Virus record (IMG/VR): IMGVR_UViG_3300045836_000088
Span: 1-64,000 of that record
DNA: 64,000 bases
Reading direction: 5' to 3' (one strand)
DNA from: a virus
The translations under genes and the position numbers were made by a program. Shown here piece by piece: positions 11,101 through 19,300 of this stretch. Position 1 is the stretch's first letter, and each line of letters starts with the position of its first letter. Under the pieces are notes generated by a model, which saw nothing but the letters and a program-made list of their open reading frames with translations, was not told the origin of the DNA and ran no database searches.

Positions 11101-11110
11101 TCTTAAACAT
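8108..11110 (-). CDS. tail fibre/spike-like protein with SGNH/GDSL hydrolase domain and N-terminal signal peptide
   Basis: IGDSIT, SIGTNN, DSLHPS motifs; fibre-type segments (GYLSAADWTTFNGKQ, TPTMLSGYGIT, AQYIRGDGS). Confidence 0.75.
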   Translation of the reverse strand: MFKKITISSLLLLTFLGAFVQTHAQTYSPSAHTVVSKPLGVNGIPADARSYYYDATHFVYRPYQSTAEVLTYLSTAKNRTGNFPIYINPTGTINATTGVMTGGSVLEYWFKDGQADANLIQKVSGSTYTYSSPLAVDGNNNVTIQQASTLQPGYLSAADWTTFNGKQAALGFTPENQANKVTSLTNSATDYPSTSAVTAALSPYQTAATADTKYPLLTGSYANPSWIASFPWSKITSTPTMLSGYGITNGQTNTISTKPTSTGSSYSVGDNLEQALANHDNAIATNASAITGKFNNPTGTTAQYIRGDGSLNTFPTNVSYFNNDAAYLTSSGIDPTAYSQPEVGTVINDTFSRASLGSNWTDNSGGTITIVSNKLHLTTASSTSLSKYITYSAYGNSNSEAFTISSTATVGSTNSGDALFYTLQSNAVHNNASFQIGVGVDGYIKYYYNNSITPFLSSTNGMTITTGDVLNVKIKFIRNKILTTVIDQNTGMTNTSEYEFIQTYPVSVMFPNAFRFGIGVIQGTFDVTLFKVDRNENKSPTYFVIGDSITRGLFTDNAFDKWIELVSNYANVTTLLNATAGQSIDDVNLSEILATQASTIVLSIGTNNIASDGTSTTETKYANLVNSLTSNGYTVGTNLFICLLTPRSDNSTYKTAVQTFNSWLLSTYGYQNCIDFYTPMADGSGNPLYAPFDSLHPSNEGHKVMSNQFIAFFNPKSKAKKIGNYFPLILSPNGWAMLGDKNYKSLTPRYALDIANSTGAAQIHAAFGASDNGLYAGSAGSNNFFLLGGAAYNGSNYVAKDTYMGAVTSYNGGLTFYGQSGLSVGGSFTPTQRAAMDNTGKWAFGSQSATDLVDFQGGTSTYAQFRFRSGSLPSSLNDGAGGYDGTHLYIQLGGAKRQIDQQNVNVIATATDANYTITTANQYVELPTITAARTASLPTASSYAGMTIKVIVTNTASGFQWSFPASTVYDASGNAITALTNGTTYYLESNGSLWRKISAN

Positions 11111-11116
11111 TGCTTT

Positions 11117-12184
11117 TTATGCTGAATAAGTGAATACTGGATTAGTTGGATCGATAGTAGCTATCTGCCTTGTGAAGTAATAGGTATAGCCGCCTGTAGT
11201 TACAGGAGTATTGTATAACTGGTCAGGTATTTGGCCGTTGTTTAATACGCTGTTATACCATGTAATAAAGGCTATCTGTGTACTTGGCACCTTGAATACA
11301 ATAAACTTCTGATCGTAGCTAGTAGGCCATGTAATAGCCAATGAACTTGCGCCAAGTGTAAAGCCTGCTGTATTAGGTAGCGGAACTGCTGTGATATTCG
11401 CTGACGGGTCTGTATCTGAATAACCAAATGATACTGTTGCCTGAATAGTCTCGCTTTTCTGCGCTGAACCTGATGTATATGGAGACTGCGCGACTTGGCT
11501 TGCAGTGATAGTCACACTTCCCGGTGCTACTGCGTGTAGTTGATTTCCATTCACTATAGTTGCTATTGTTGTATCAGAAGATTGGAAGGTTATTGCAGCA
11601 GGGCTATTTGAGGTAGCTACAAGTGTTTGATCTGCGTCACCAACTTGCATTGGGTTGGGCTGCGTAAAGTTGATTACAGTGGTGATAATTGCTGTAACAG
11701 TTATTGATTGACTTGTTACGCTTGCTGATGTATAACCACTTATAGCCGCCTGACTTGCTGTTACTGTACAAGTACCACCACCTACAGCATGTAATTTGCC
11801 ATTAACTATAGTAGCAACATTAGGGTTAGAAGTAGTATAAGTAACAGTTGCGGAGCTATTAGAAGTAGTATATAACGTCTGGTCAGCATCCCCAACATTC
11901 ATATTGGTAGGCTGAGAGGTGAAGGTCAATACTGTTGTAGTTGCAGGACTATAGTTACCTAAATACTCAGCAAGAAGTGTATATAATTCTTCTGTTGTGC
12001 CATTATAAATGGCGTTATCAACTTGCTTTCTTAAAGCCCACGTTACGACATTCAGCTTAAATAGCTCCGTTTTATAAGGAAGCGGCAAACAAGCCGGATA
12101 GTTGCTTAATATTGTCGCTGATTCACTAGCCAACAAAGCTTCTCCGGCTAATAATGTTGCCTGTATGGTAGATGGGTCTGTCAT
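11117..12184 (-). CDS. virion protein with two Ig-like (Big_2-type) domains
   Basis: Tandem repeats TYTTSNPNVATIVNGKLHAVGGGTCTVTASQ / TFQSSDTTIATIVNGNQLHAVAPGSVTITASQ. Confidence 0.75.
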   Translation of the reverse strand: MTDPSTIQATLLAGEALLASESATILSNYPACLPLPYKTELFKLNVVTWALRKQVDNAIYNGTTEELYTLLAEYLGNYSPATTTVLTFTSQPTNMNVGDADQTLYTTSNSSATVTYTTSNPNVATIVNGKLHAVGGGTCTVTASQAAISGYTSASVTSQSITVTAIITTVINFTQPNPMQVGDADQTLVATSNSPAAITFQSSDTTIATIVNGNQLHAVAPGSVTITASQVAQSPYTSGSAQKSETIQATVSFGYSDTDPSANITAVPLPNTAGFTLGASSLAITWPTSYDQKFIVFKVPSTQIAFITWYNSVLNNGQIPDQLYNTPVTTGGYTYYFTRQIATIDPTNPVFTYSA

Positions 12185-12423
12185 TTTCTGATACGATTAA
12201 GGATAGTATAGGCACTATTGATAAAGTTGGAAAAGCTGACTAAATCCCCTTGATTAAGGACTATATCAGCACTTCTCAGAAACAGAAAAGACATTTCCAT
12301 ATATATCTTCTCCATTTTTCTCATAGGGCAACATCCATAGCTTTCAAGGTATTTAGGAACCAAGTCAGCAAAACGCTCCCACGCTGAATTATAAATCGTT
12401 TGATATTGGGTAGGGACTGCCAT
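12181..12423 (-). CDS. hypothetical protein (tail region)
   Basis: Overlapping stop/start coupling. Confidence 0.65.
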   Translation of the reverse strand: MAVPTQYQTIYNSAWERFADLVPKYLESYGCCPMRKMEKIYMEMSFLFLRSADIVLNQGDLVSFSNFINSAYTILNRIRK

Positions 12424-12424
12424 T

Positions 12425-12748
12425 TTAAACCTTACTTGCTTGGTATTGAACTAAGGAATACATAGCATTTTCATAGTTCACAGTCAGGTAAACTACCAGT
12501 GTATCGGTATTGGCTATACCTACTGGAGGATTGCCAAACGTCCACGAATAAGAGGGCAACCCATTAGCATCAAAGCTCTGAGAAAAGGTTGTTGTTGCAT
12601 CAATACCAAATGTTTTGCCGAGTGTGTTATCCACTACGCGCAATAGGCTATTTTCCGATAAATCGAAGCCTGTTACATTTGAAATTGTTAATACGTTCCC
12701 CGCTAGTGTTGCGGTATATACGTTCTGTTTACCTATGATAAGCTGCAT
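12425..12748 (-). CDS. hypothetical virion-associated protein
   Basis: Beta-rich 107 aa ORF at head of tail operon. Confidence 0.65.
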   Translation of the reverse strand: MQLIIGKQNVYTATLAGNVLTISNVTGFDLSENSLLRVVDNTLGKTFGIDATTTFSQSFDANGLPSYSWTFGNPPVGIANTDTLVVYLTVNYENAMYSLVQYQASKV

Positions 12749-12768
12749 ACTATTGTCTTATTGCTTAT

Positions 12769-12802
12769 CAAAAGTACCCGTTAAAGAGGCTCAGTTTTGG
12801 GG
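12769..12802 (-). promoter_or_regulatory. putative late promoter CCCCAAAA-N18-TACTTTTG
   Basis: TAnnTTTG -7 element plus conserved upstream motif. Confidence 0.55.
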
Positions 12803-12816
12803 GTGTAAACTGCACT

Positions 12817-12848
12817 AAAAAAGCCCGCACAATCAAAGTACGAGCTTT
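12817..12848 (-). terminator. intrinsic terminator after integrase
   Basis: Hairpin with U-tract on minus strand. Confidence 0.55.
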
Positions 12849-12872
12849 CTGGTTGGGTTGTTTTATGTATGT

Positions 12873-14177
12873 TTAGAAGGTTAGATCTTCTTCCTTGTAA
12901 ATTTTAACTAAAGTAATATCGTAATCTTTCTTATAATCTTCTGTAGTTTTTGTGTTGCTATGTCTCGCGGCGTGGCTTATTTCGTATGATGATTTACCCA
13001 ACATCATCATGTGTACAATGCGAGTATGTTTCCATCCATACATTGTGTAATCATTACTCAATTTGCATTTCTCTCTAACTTTATCCCACCTCCTTGAAAA
13101 CCAGTTTTTATCACATTGATATGGGCTTGGCAATCCTTGTTTGCCGAAAATATAGTAGTGTTTGGGAAGCTTTCTTAGCCCCATATCATTAATTGCCCGC
13201 GCTAATTCATCAGGGTAATCTCGGTTCTGATCACTGTCATTTTTTGTCCATTCTTTCCTGAACCTAATTTGGTGGAGGTCGAAATCAATGTCACCAACCT
13301 TAATATTCATAAGCTCCTTATTGGAACGAATCATTACCCAATAAATGAACTGGCAGGCTCGATATAGCGGTTCTACCTTCCTAATCTCCGGCTTAACCTG
13401 CTTTGCTATTATCCTATCAAACCACTTATGTAAGGTAGTTGTAGTCTTTATCTTCTCGATTTTACCCTCTAATGGGTTTTTGGCTACATAGTCTTCTGCA
13501 TAAAGCCATCTGAATAACGTATTAGCATATTCCCAATGATGGTTGACAGTCCCCGGCTTCCATTTCCTATCTTTTACTACTTTTCCCATAGCATCAGAGA
13601 TATGCCTATATCTTATATCCCCAACTTTAATATCTTCAGGGATGCCATCTAGAATCCATTCAATTGCGCTCTCGTATGCCTCTATCGTTTTGGCCTCTAC
13701 ATCCCTGCTTTTTCTGTTCTGGATAAATGCATTAAATGCTTCTTTAGCAACAATAGCCTTTCGACGGTCTTCCTCCTTTACGGTTTTGGAATGAGCAATT
13801 TCCTTTTTTACCTCACCGGTAATCTTAAATGACTTTAATTGATCTTCAAAAGGATTGATTAGTCCAAGCTTCAACGAATATTCAACAAGCTCTCTTATTT
13901 CCTCTGCACGTTCTTCACGCAGGAGCTCTTTTTGCAATCTCTGTTCTTCTGTTAAATTTTTTACGGTGAACCCCTCATTTAAGCCTTTGTATACTTTAAA
14001 TCGCTTAGTTGATCTTGGGTAAAGATCTGGATAGTTTTTCTGTAATTCGGCGGGGACGGCATAGTGAAACTCAATATACCATTTATTCGGATTAGTCTTA
14101 ACAATCCTTGGTTTAGTATAAGGTTTAATATCCCTTATCTTCTTACTTCTTTTATAGTCAGGATAAATTAATGCCAT
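12873..14177 (-). CDS. int: tyrosine recombinase / phage integrase
   Basis: R (MIRSNKEL), K (WTKND), YGWKHTR, ARHS...TEDY catalytic pattern; N-terminal arm-binding-like region; next to attP. Confidence 0.9.
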   Translation of the reverse strand: MALIYPDYKRSKKIRDIKPYTKPRIVKTNPNKWYIEFHYAVPAELQKNYPDLYPRSTKRFKVYKGLNEGFTVKNLTEEQRLQKELLREERAEEIRELVEYSLKLGLINPFEDQLKSFKITGEVKKEIAHSKTVKEEDRRKAIVAKEAFNAFIQNRKSRDVEAKTIEAYESAIEWILDGIPEDIKVGDIRYRHISDAMGKVVKDRKWKPGTVNHHWEYANTLFRWLYAEDYVAKNPLEGKIEKIKTTTTLHKWFDRIIAKQVKPEIRKVEPLYRACQFIYWVMIRSNKELMNIKVGDIDFDLHQIRFRKEWTKNDSDQNRDYPDELARAINDMGLRKLPKHYYIFGKQGLPSPYQCDKNWFSRRWDKVREKCKLSNDYTMYGWKHTRIVHMMMLGKSSYEISHAARHSNTKTTEDYKKDYDITLVKIYKEEDLTF

Positions 14178-14326
14178 AGTTGGTGAGGTTAAAGCATTTC
14201 AACTTTACCTATTAGTCAATCTGTAGTAAATCGAATAATCGGTACTAAATTAAATGTTTGATTAGAATGTAGAGTAATGTTTATGGTTTTTCGGCGGTTA
14301 TTTGCAGAGTAATAGGCTATTTTTAA

Positions 14327-14506
14327 GGGACATTTCGCGTGTCCCTGCTGTGTCCCCTAATTTTTCGACACCTCATTTTGTGCGTTTTTAATAGGTTTTG
14401 GTGGATTTAGTGCCCAGGGAGAGACTCGAAACATGAAATAAAAAACAGCATTTTTGACCTTTAAATGGCGTTTTTATGAATAGTATTGTGTCCCTTATGT
14501 GTCCCT
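14327..14506. other. attP: 20-bp core 14411-14430 matching a tRNA 3' end (probably tRNA-Leu), flanked by GTGTCCC arm-type repeats
   Basis: Minus strand TTCGAGTCTCTCCCTGGGCA = T-loop, T-stem 3' half and acceptor stem; tandem GTGTCCC pairs 11 bp apart at 14339/14350 and 14488/14499; inverted GGGACA at 14327. Confidence 0.8.
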
Positions 14507-14533
14507 AAACTTACCTTCTTTAAAAGCGTGTTG

Positions 14534-14564
14534 CAAAGGTAAAAAGGCTGAGCAGAATTCCAAA
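14534..14564 (-). promoter_or_regulatory. Bacteroidota sigmaA-type promoter reading across attP toward int
   Basis: TTTG-N19-TACCTTTG on minus strand. Confidence 0.6.
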
Positions 14565-14670
14565 TTATTTGTTAATTGAGTGCAGTACAATTGTGTATAT
14601 CAATTGTTTAAAATAATTTGAAAATTCCGGCTTTATTAATTTGAAGTTAAATATTGGCGGCGTTATTTGC

Positions 14671-15570
14671 CTAAGACTGTACTTGATCCATGTAGCCTTT
14701 TACGAGATATATCCTTCTTATGTCATGCTTGGCAACAGTAAAAGAATCGTATTGTCTTCTCCCGCTTGGCGCGGTAGCAGTGTTATCAGAGTCGGCAATG
14801 ATTGTATCTTCAGAATCGCCTTTTAATAACCGCTTGATTGTGCTGTACCCATCAAACTCAATCCAGTACACCTCCCCATAAGAAATATATTTTGCTGTAA
14901 CTTTTTTAAGAAATACCACACCTCCGGGTCTGTATATCGGCAACATCGATTCTCCTCTTACAACCCTCCCAAATTCGCAGTCTGAAAATTGAGGTGCAAA
15001 CACGTGGTACTTCGGTGAAACTTCTGGCTCATCATTATATACTTCCACTGCACTTCCCATAACTGGCAATTCATAAACAGGTGTCATTTTCTGCCCTGTT
15101 GATAAAGTGGGTGTCATGTTTACTACAATACCCATGCGCTCTGATTCATGAGTATCATGCGCCTTACTGGATGTTAATTCAATTCCCTTGATATCTATAC
15201 CAAAGTTTTCTTTGATTAGCGATAAAACGTCAGTCCCAATATCAGTCTTAGTGTACAGTGCTTGCAATGCTTCGACAGTTATATTTAATTCTTTTGCCGC
15301 CTGCTCATCAGATATACCTTTATCCTTTAATGCTTTTTTTAATTGACGGCCGGTTACTACAGTTTGTTTTGAAAACTGCTTGCTTTGAGCCGGTTTTACA
15401 TCTGTCAACGATATGTTGAGTTCAGTTTCTAGTCGCCTAACAAAATTAGGGTCAGGATGAGCACTTTTAATGTAATTATAAAAAGTAACTCGTGTTATCC
15501 CCAATCTCCCCGCAACTTCTGTAACTGTTTTCTTTTGTCTTTTAATCTCGCTTAAGACTGTTTGTTCCAT
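14671..15570 (-). CDS. CI-like repressor: two XRE HTH domains plus S24 (LexA-type) peptidase
   Basis: VTEVAGRLGITRVTFYNY; ISDEQAAKELNITVEAL; VRGESMLP (Ser) and STIKRL (Lys). Confidence 0.88.
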   Translation of the reverse strand: MEQTVLSEIKRQKKTVTEVAGRLGITRVTFYNYIKSAHPDPNFVRRLETELNISLTDVKPAQSKQFSKQTVVTGRQLKKALKDKGISDEQAAKELNITVEALQALYTKTDIGTDVLSLIKENFGIDIKGIELTSSKAHDTHESERMGIVVNMTPTLSTGQKMTPVYELPVMGSAVEVYNDEPEVSPKYHVFAPQFSDCEFGRVVRGESMLPIYRPGGVVFLKKVTAKYISYGEVYWIEFDGYSTIKRLLKGDSEDTIIADSDNTATAPSGRRQYDSFTVAKHDIRRIYLVKGYMDQVQS

Positions 15571-15594
15571 TCAGGTTGAATAAAAATAAAAATA

Positions 15595-15660
15595 TTTACA
15601 AGTGTATTGACAAATGTAAAAACATGTGTATATTTGTGAAGTAATATTGACAAATATAAA
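15595..15660 (+). promoter_or_regulatory. lytic promoter with tandem ACA-N2-TGTA operators
   Basis: TTG...TATATTTG; 12-bp periodic repeats; 34 bp identical to 54767-54800. Confidence 0.75.
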
Positions 15661-15682
15661 TAACTATTAAACATTGCACAAC

Positions 15683-15883
15683 ATGGAAATGCCTAAATCC
15701 CGCAGAGAACTGCTTGAGGAAATACACCCCGGTGAGGGTTTACCTATAACTCAAACGGAAAGGCACTCGTGGCAAAGCACAGTGACCGCTATAAACAAGA
15801 AACTTGGAAAAAAGTTTACAATTCGCACCGATCCTTCCACAAAAGAAATACGTGTCTGGAAGTTAAAATTAAAAATTGAATAA
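15683..15883 (+). CDS. small putative DNA-binding protein, first gene divergent from repressor
   Basis: Cro position; resembles C-terminal domain of 55660-56622. Confidence 0.6.
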   Translation: MEMPKSRRELLEEIHPGEGLPITQTERHSWQSTVTAINKKLGKKFTIRTDPSTKEIRVWKLKLKIE

Positions 15884-16121
15884 AGCAATGTACGTAGCCC
15901 ATTCTAAAATAAGGGTAGTATCTAAACCATATGCCCAGCCTAAAAAAACACGAGCCGAAGTTTTACACGAAAATGCCTTATTGTTTGCAGCGGACTTTAC
16001 ACTGACTATAAGTAGAAATGCAAAAAAAGAGTCAGAGTATATTTTAAGAAGTACGCTTAATGATGAGGAATATGAATATTACCTATTGACAAGAACTGGT
16101 AACAACCCGAAGGCTATTTAA
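15876..16121 (+). CDS. hypothetical protein (paralogous C-terminus to 49814-50101)
   Basis: LNDEEYEYYL...AI motif. Confidence 0.6.
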   Translation: MNKAMYVAHSKIRVVSKPYAQPKKTRAEVLHENALLFAADFTLTISRNAKKESEYILRSTLNDEEYEYYLLTRTGNNPKAI

Positions 16122-16122
16122 C

Positions 16123-16326
16123 ATGAACTTAGATTATAAAGCAATTGCGACATTTTTAAGAGCCAAGGTCGAAAGTGAAGGTAAGTTACAGACAGAAATC
16201 GCAAAAGAGATAGGCATCAGCATGTCTTCTCTGCAAAGGGCATTAAAGGGTCAATTGAAAGACATTGATCCTTTAATGGCTATCTGTAACTTTATTGGCA
16301 AATCAATTTATTTGTTTGTTAAATAG
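16123..16326 (+). CDS. XRE/Cro-like HTH regulator
   Basis: LQTEIAKEIGISMSSLQRALKG. Confidence 0.8.
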   Translation: MNLDYKAIATFLRAKVESEGKLQTEIAKEIGISMSSLQRALKGQLKDIDPLMAICNFIGKSIYLFVK

Positions 16327-16331
16327 CATTC

Positions 16332-19300
16332 CTACTCCTCGTCGTTATCTAAATTATAACCCATTAATTTAGCAGCATCTTTAGCTTTCTGAACACCGAC
16401 CCGTATTTTGAAATCCTTAATAAACTTATCTTCTCCCTGTGGGGTGGTTATTGCTTCTTTAACGTTTGATATTTGTTTTACTGTTGGTATTCCTTCAGCT
16501 ATAGCCCCACCTGTAGCGTATGTCCCTCTTAGTATGGCATCTGTTTGACTTTCGCCTTTATCATCCACGTAATGATCGTGAACAATACCCCATGTTGCGC
16601 CCATCTGCATAGCCTGAAACTGGTAGGTGTGTTGCACTTCTTTAGGGATTGATACACCGAATAAATTGAGGTAGTCAGCGTCCGGCACATCTACTGTTTT
16701 ATCCCTTTCTTTGTCTGAATAGAATTTAGTATAAAGGCCGCCTGCTGATTTACCGGCCAAGTAAAAACCTAATGTCCAGTAGGCCGCAGCAATCGCCCCT
16801 TTCTTGATATGAAGTAGTAAAGCCTCCTTTTCATCGGTAGTCAGGTTGTCTATACCTTTTTTTAGCTGACTATTTACATCTAAGGCTTTCCATAGATTAT
16901 AGGGTAATTTAAAGGCTAACATACTCCGGCCTATCATGTTAGTGGGAACTGTATTAATAGGGATAAAGAAGTTGTAAATAGCAGATGCGGCATATTGTAC
17001 ATCACCCTTTAGCTTGTTTAGCTTAGATGCTGACTGTACATTTTCAATTCCTTTCTTCTCCAATTCATTTAAGTACTGCTTGAATATATTGGCGCGTTTA
17101 GGGCTATTCTGGAATATCTCATATTCTGCTCTTTTCCATGCTGCCTGCCTTGCGCTTTCCAACATCAAAGGGTGGGTAGCATCAATGCCATTATCAGCGT
17201 ACCATTTCATCTGATTAGCAAATGCAGCTTCAAATGTTGCTCTCCTTACAGGGTCTTTGATGATGATATGACCATCTGCTGCGAATAAGTCAAGAAACGG
17301 AATATGGTTTTCATGCGGTCTTGTACTTAACTCCTTTGATAGCTCTGTATCGCCTGATTTAATGATACTCCAAGTGCTTTTAGCTGCTTTAACAGGGTTC
17401 ATAAACTCCTTGTACCATTTTGCTTCGGCTGATAAGTTAACATCACCCTCAATAGGTGCGCCTTTAGCTAATAAAGGAAATGCTTTAGAGGCAACTTTAC
17501 CAACTGCTTGTTCCGGTAATCTATGCAGGAATGACCCTAACACAGCAGATGAAGCAAGCTTGGTGTAAACCGCGTTGGATGCAAAGAAAATAACACGCCT
17601 GCCCCAACGGTTAGTCCAATCCATTGCCCTCATCATCTTACTTTTTTTGCTATTCATGGCCTCTTTCTCAAGGACGCGTAAACGCTGTTTTAAAGCAATT
17701 CTCTCCTTATTATTCTTAATCCATTCAGGGTTATTCTCCCATGTGCGTTTAATGTTTGGCAACTTAAAGAACTCACCTTTGTCGATCTTGGATTGCAGGG
17801 TTCTAACTTCCTTTTTAATATCCTCAATAGAAGCATCAGGATTTTCATTGCCTAATTTCTTCCTAAGTTCCCGCACCTGCTTCTGTAACGCTTTTACTTC
17901 AGGGCTTGCTTCGCCTTTAGCTTTTGTTTTGGCAACAATTCCTTTTTCAAGCTCTGCTATTTTAGCTAAGTTCCGCGCCTGCGCCCTTAAATCAGCGATT
18001 TGCTTTTCCAGTTCAGGGCGCGTTTTTTCAGACCGATATTTACCCGCTATAATGTCCCTTATATCATCTTTGGTGATACCGCTTACAACGTCTTTTAAAG
18101 CATCGTGGACATTAGTTAATACATCATCAAGCTTGTCTATCCCTTGTTCTGAAAAACTCCTTACAAGCCTTAAAACGTGGGGAGCAATAGCGTTTAACTG
18201 CGGAACACCGGGGAGTGTTAAGTTTGCCTGTCCGAAGGACTTTTTAAAGTCACGCTTTAAATCTTCGAGAATAGAAGCACGTTCCTTTGAATACTGTTCT
18301 GCGGTTTTTTTCTCCCGCTTGATACCTAATACGCTTTTCTTGCGCTTAAATACCTCTACATTGGCTTTAGCCTGTTCGTCTGCAATCTGCTTTTCAAGCT
18401 TTTCGTTCTTAGCTTGTATCTCGTCAAACTTCTGTTGCAGTTCTGCTAATTCCTTTTTGACATCATCGGGTATATCGCTCCCATAGATAGTTTTAATGCG
18501 GTCAATAGCATTCAGGATTTCACCCTGCTCGTTGGTAGCAAGCTGTCTTGACCTAAATGCGTTGGATTCGGCATTACCCATGATTTGTGAAGCGTCTAAT
18601 CTTCTAGCTTCGAGGTCGTGCCAGTTTAATAACTGTTGGGTAATAGTAGCCAAGTTGCCTTTTGCTTCTTGGTTATCGGGATTGTTCTTTAACTCATCCT
18701 CTAAATCAAGTTTGGCACTAATAAGATTGCGCTTAGTTTCGGCAAGTTGTCTTTCGTAGTAATTCATTGCCAACTCCTCATCCGCACTAAAGCCTACTTT
18801 CTTAGGGTCATCAATATGGGCAAGTGCTTTGCTAATAACATCTAAAGGGTTTATGTCGCCATTATCAACTAATTCCTTACCACGTACCAATCCCTCATCC
18901 ATTGTCAGCCTTTTAGGAAGATCCAATGGTTTTATTCCTAACTCACCACGCAAGGCATCATTAATAACTTTCTTTACCCCAATAGCCTTTTCTTCGGGCT
19001 GTGACACTTCTTTGGGAAGTTCATCTAAACCGCCTAATAGCTCGTTAAAATGACTTTCAACTTCCTGAGGATTAATACCACCGCTATTAGCCTTAATGTG
19101 GTCTACAGCGGCTTTAATTGCGTCAGCTAGTTTACCACCTTGCTCTATAACGGTGGCTGCTGTTTCTAAGGCTCCATCATATACTGCGGCACCTACACCT
19201 TGTAAACCGCCATAGACCTGTCCTTTTTGAGTTTTTAAGGAGCGGATTTTATCAGCGATAGCTTTGGCTTTTTCTGAATGTGTTACTTGCTCTTGCGTTT

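Noticed and set aside
14411-14430. Possible tRNA gene
   Set aside because: Only the 3' 20 nt are present; no D or anticodon arm, so it is the att core
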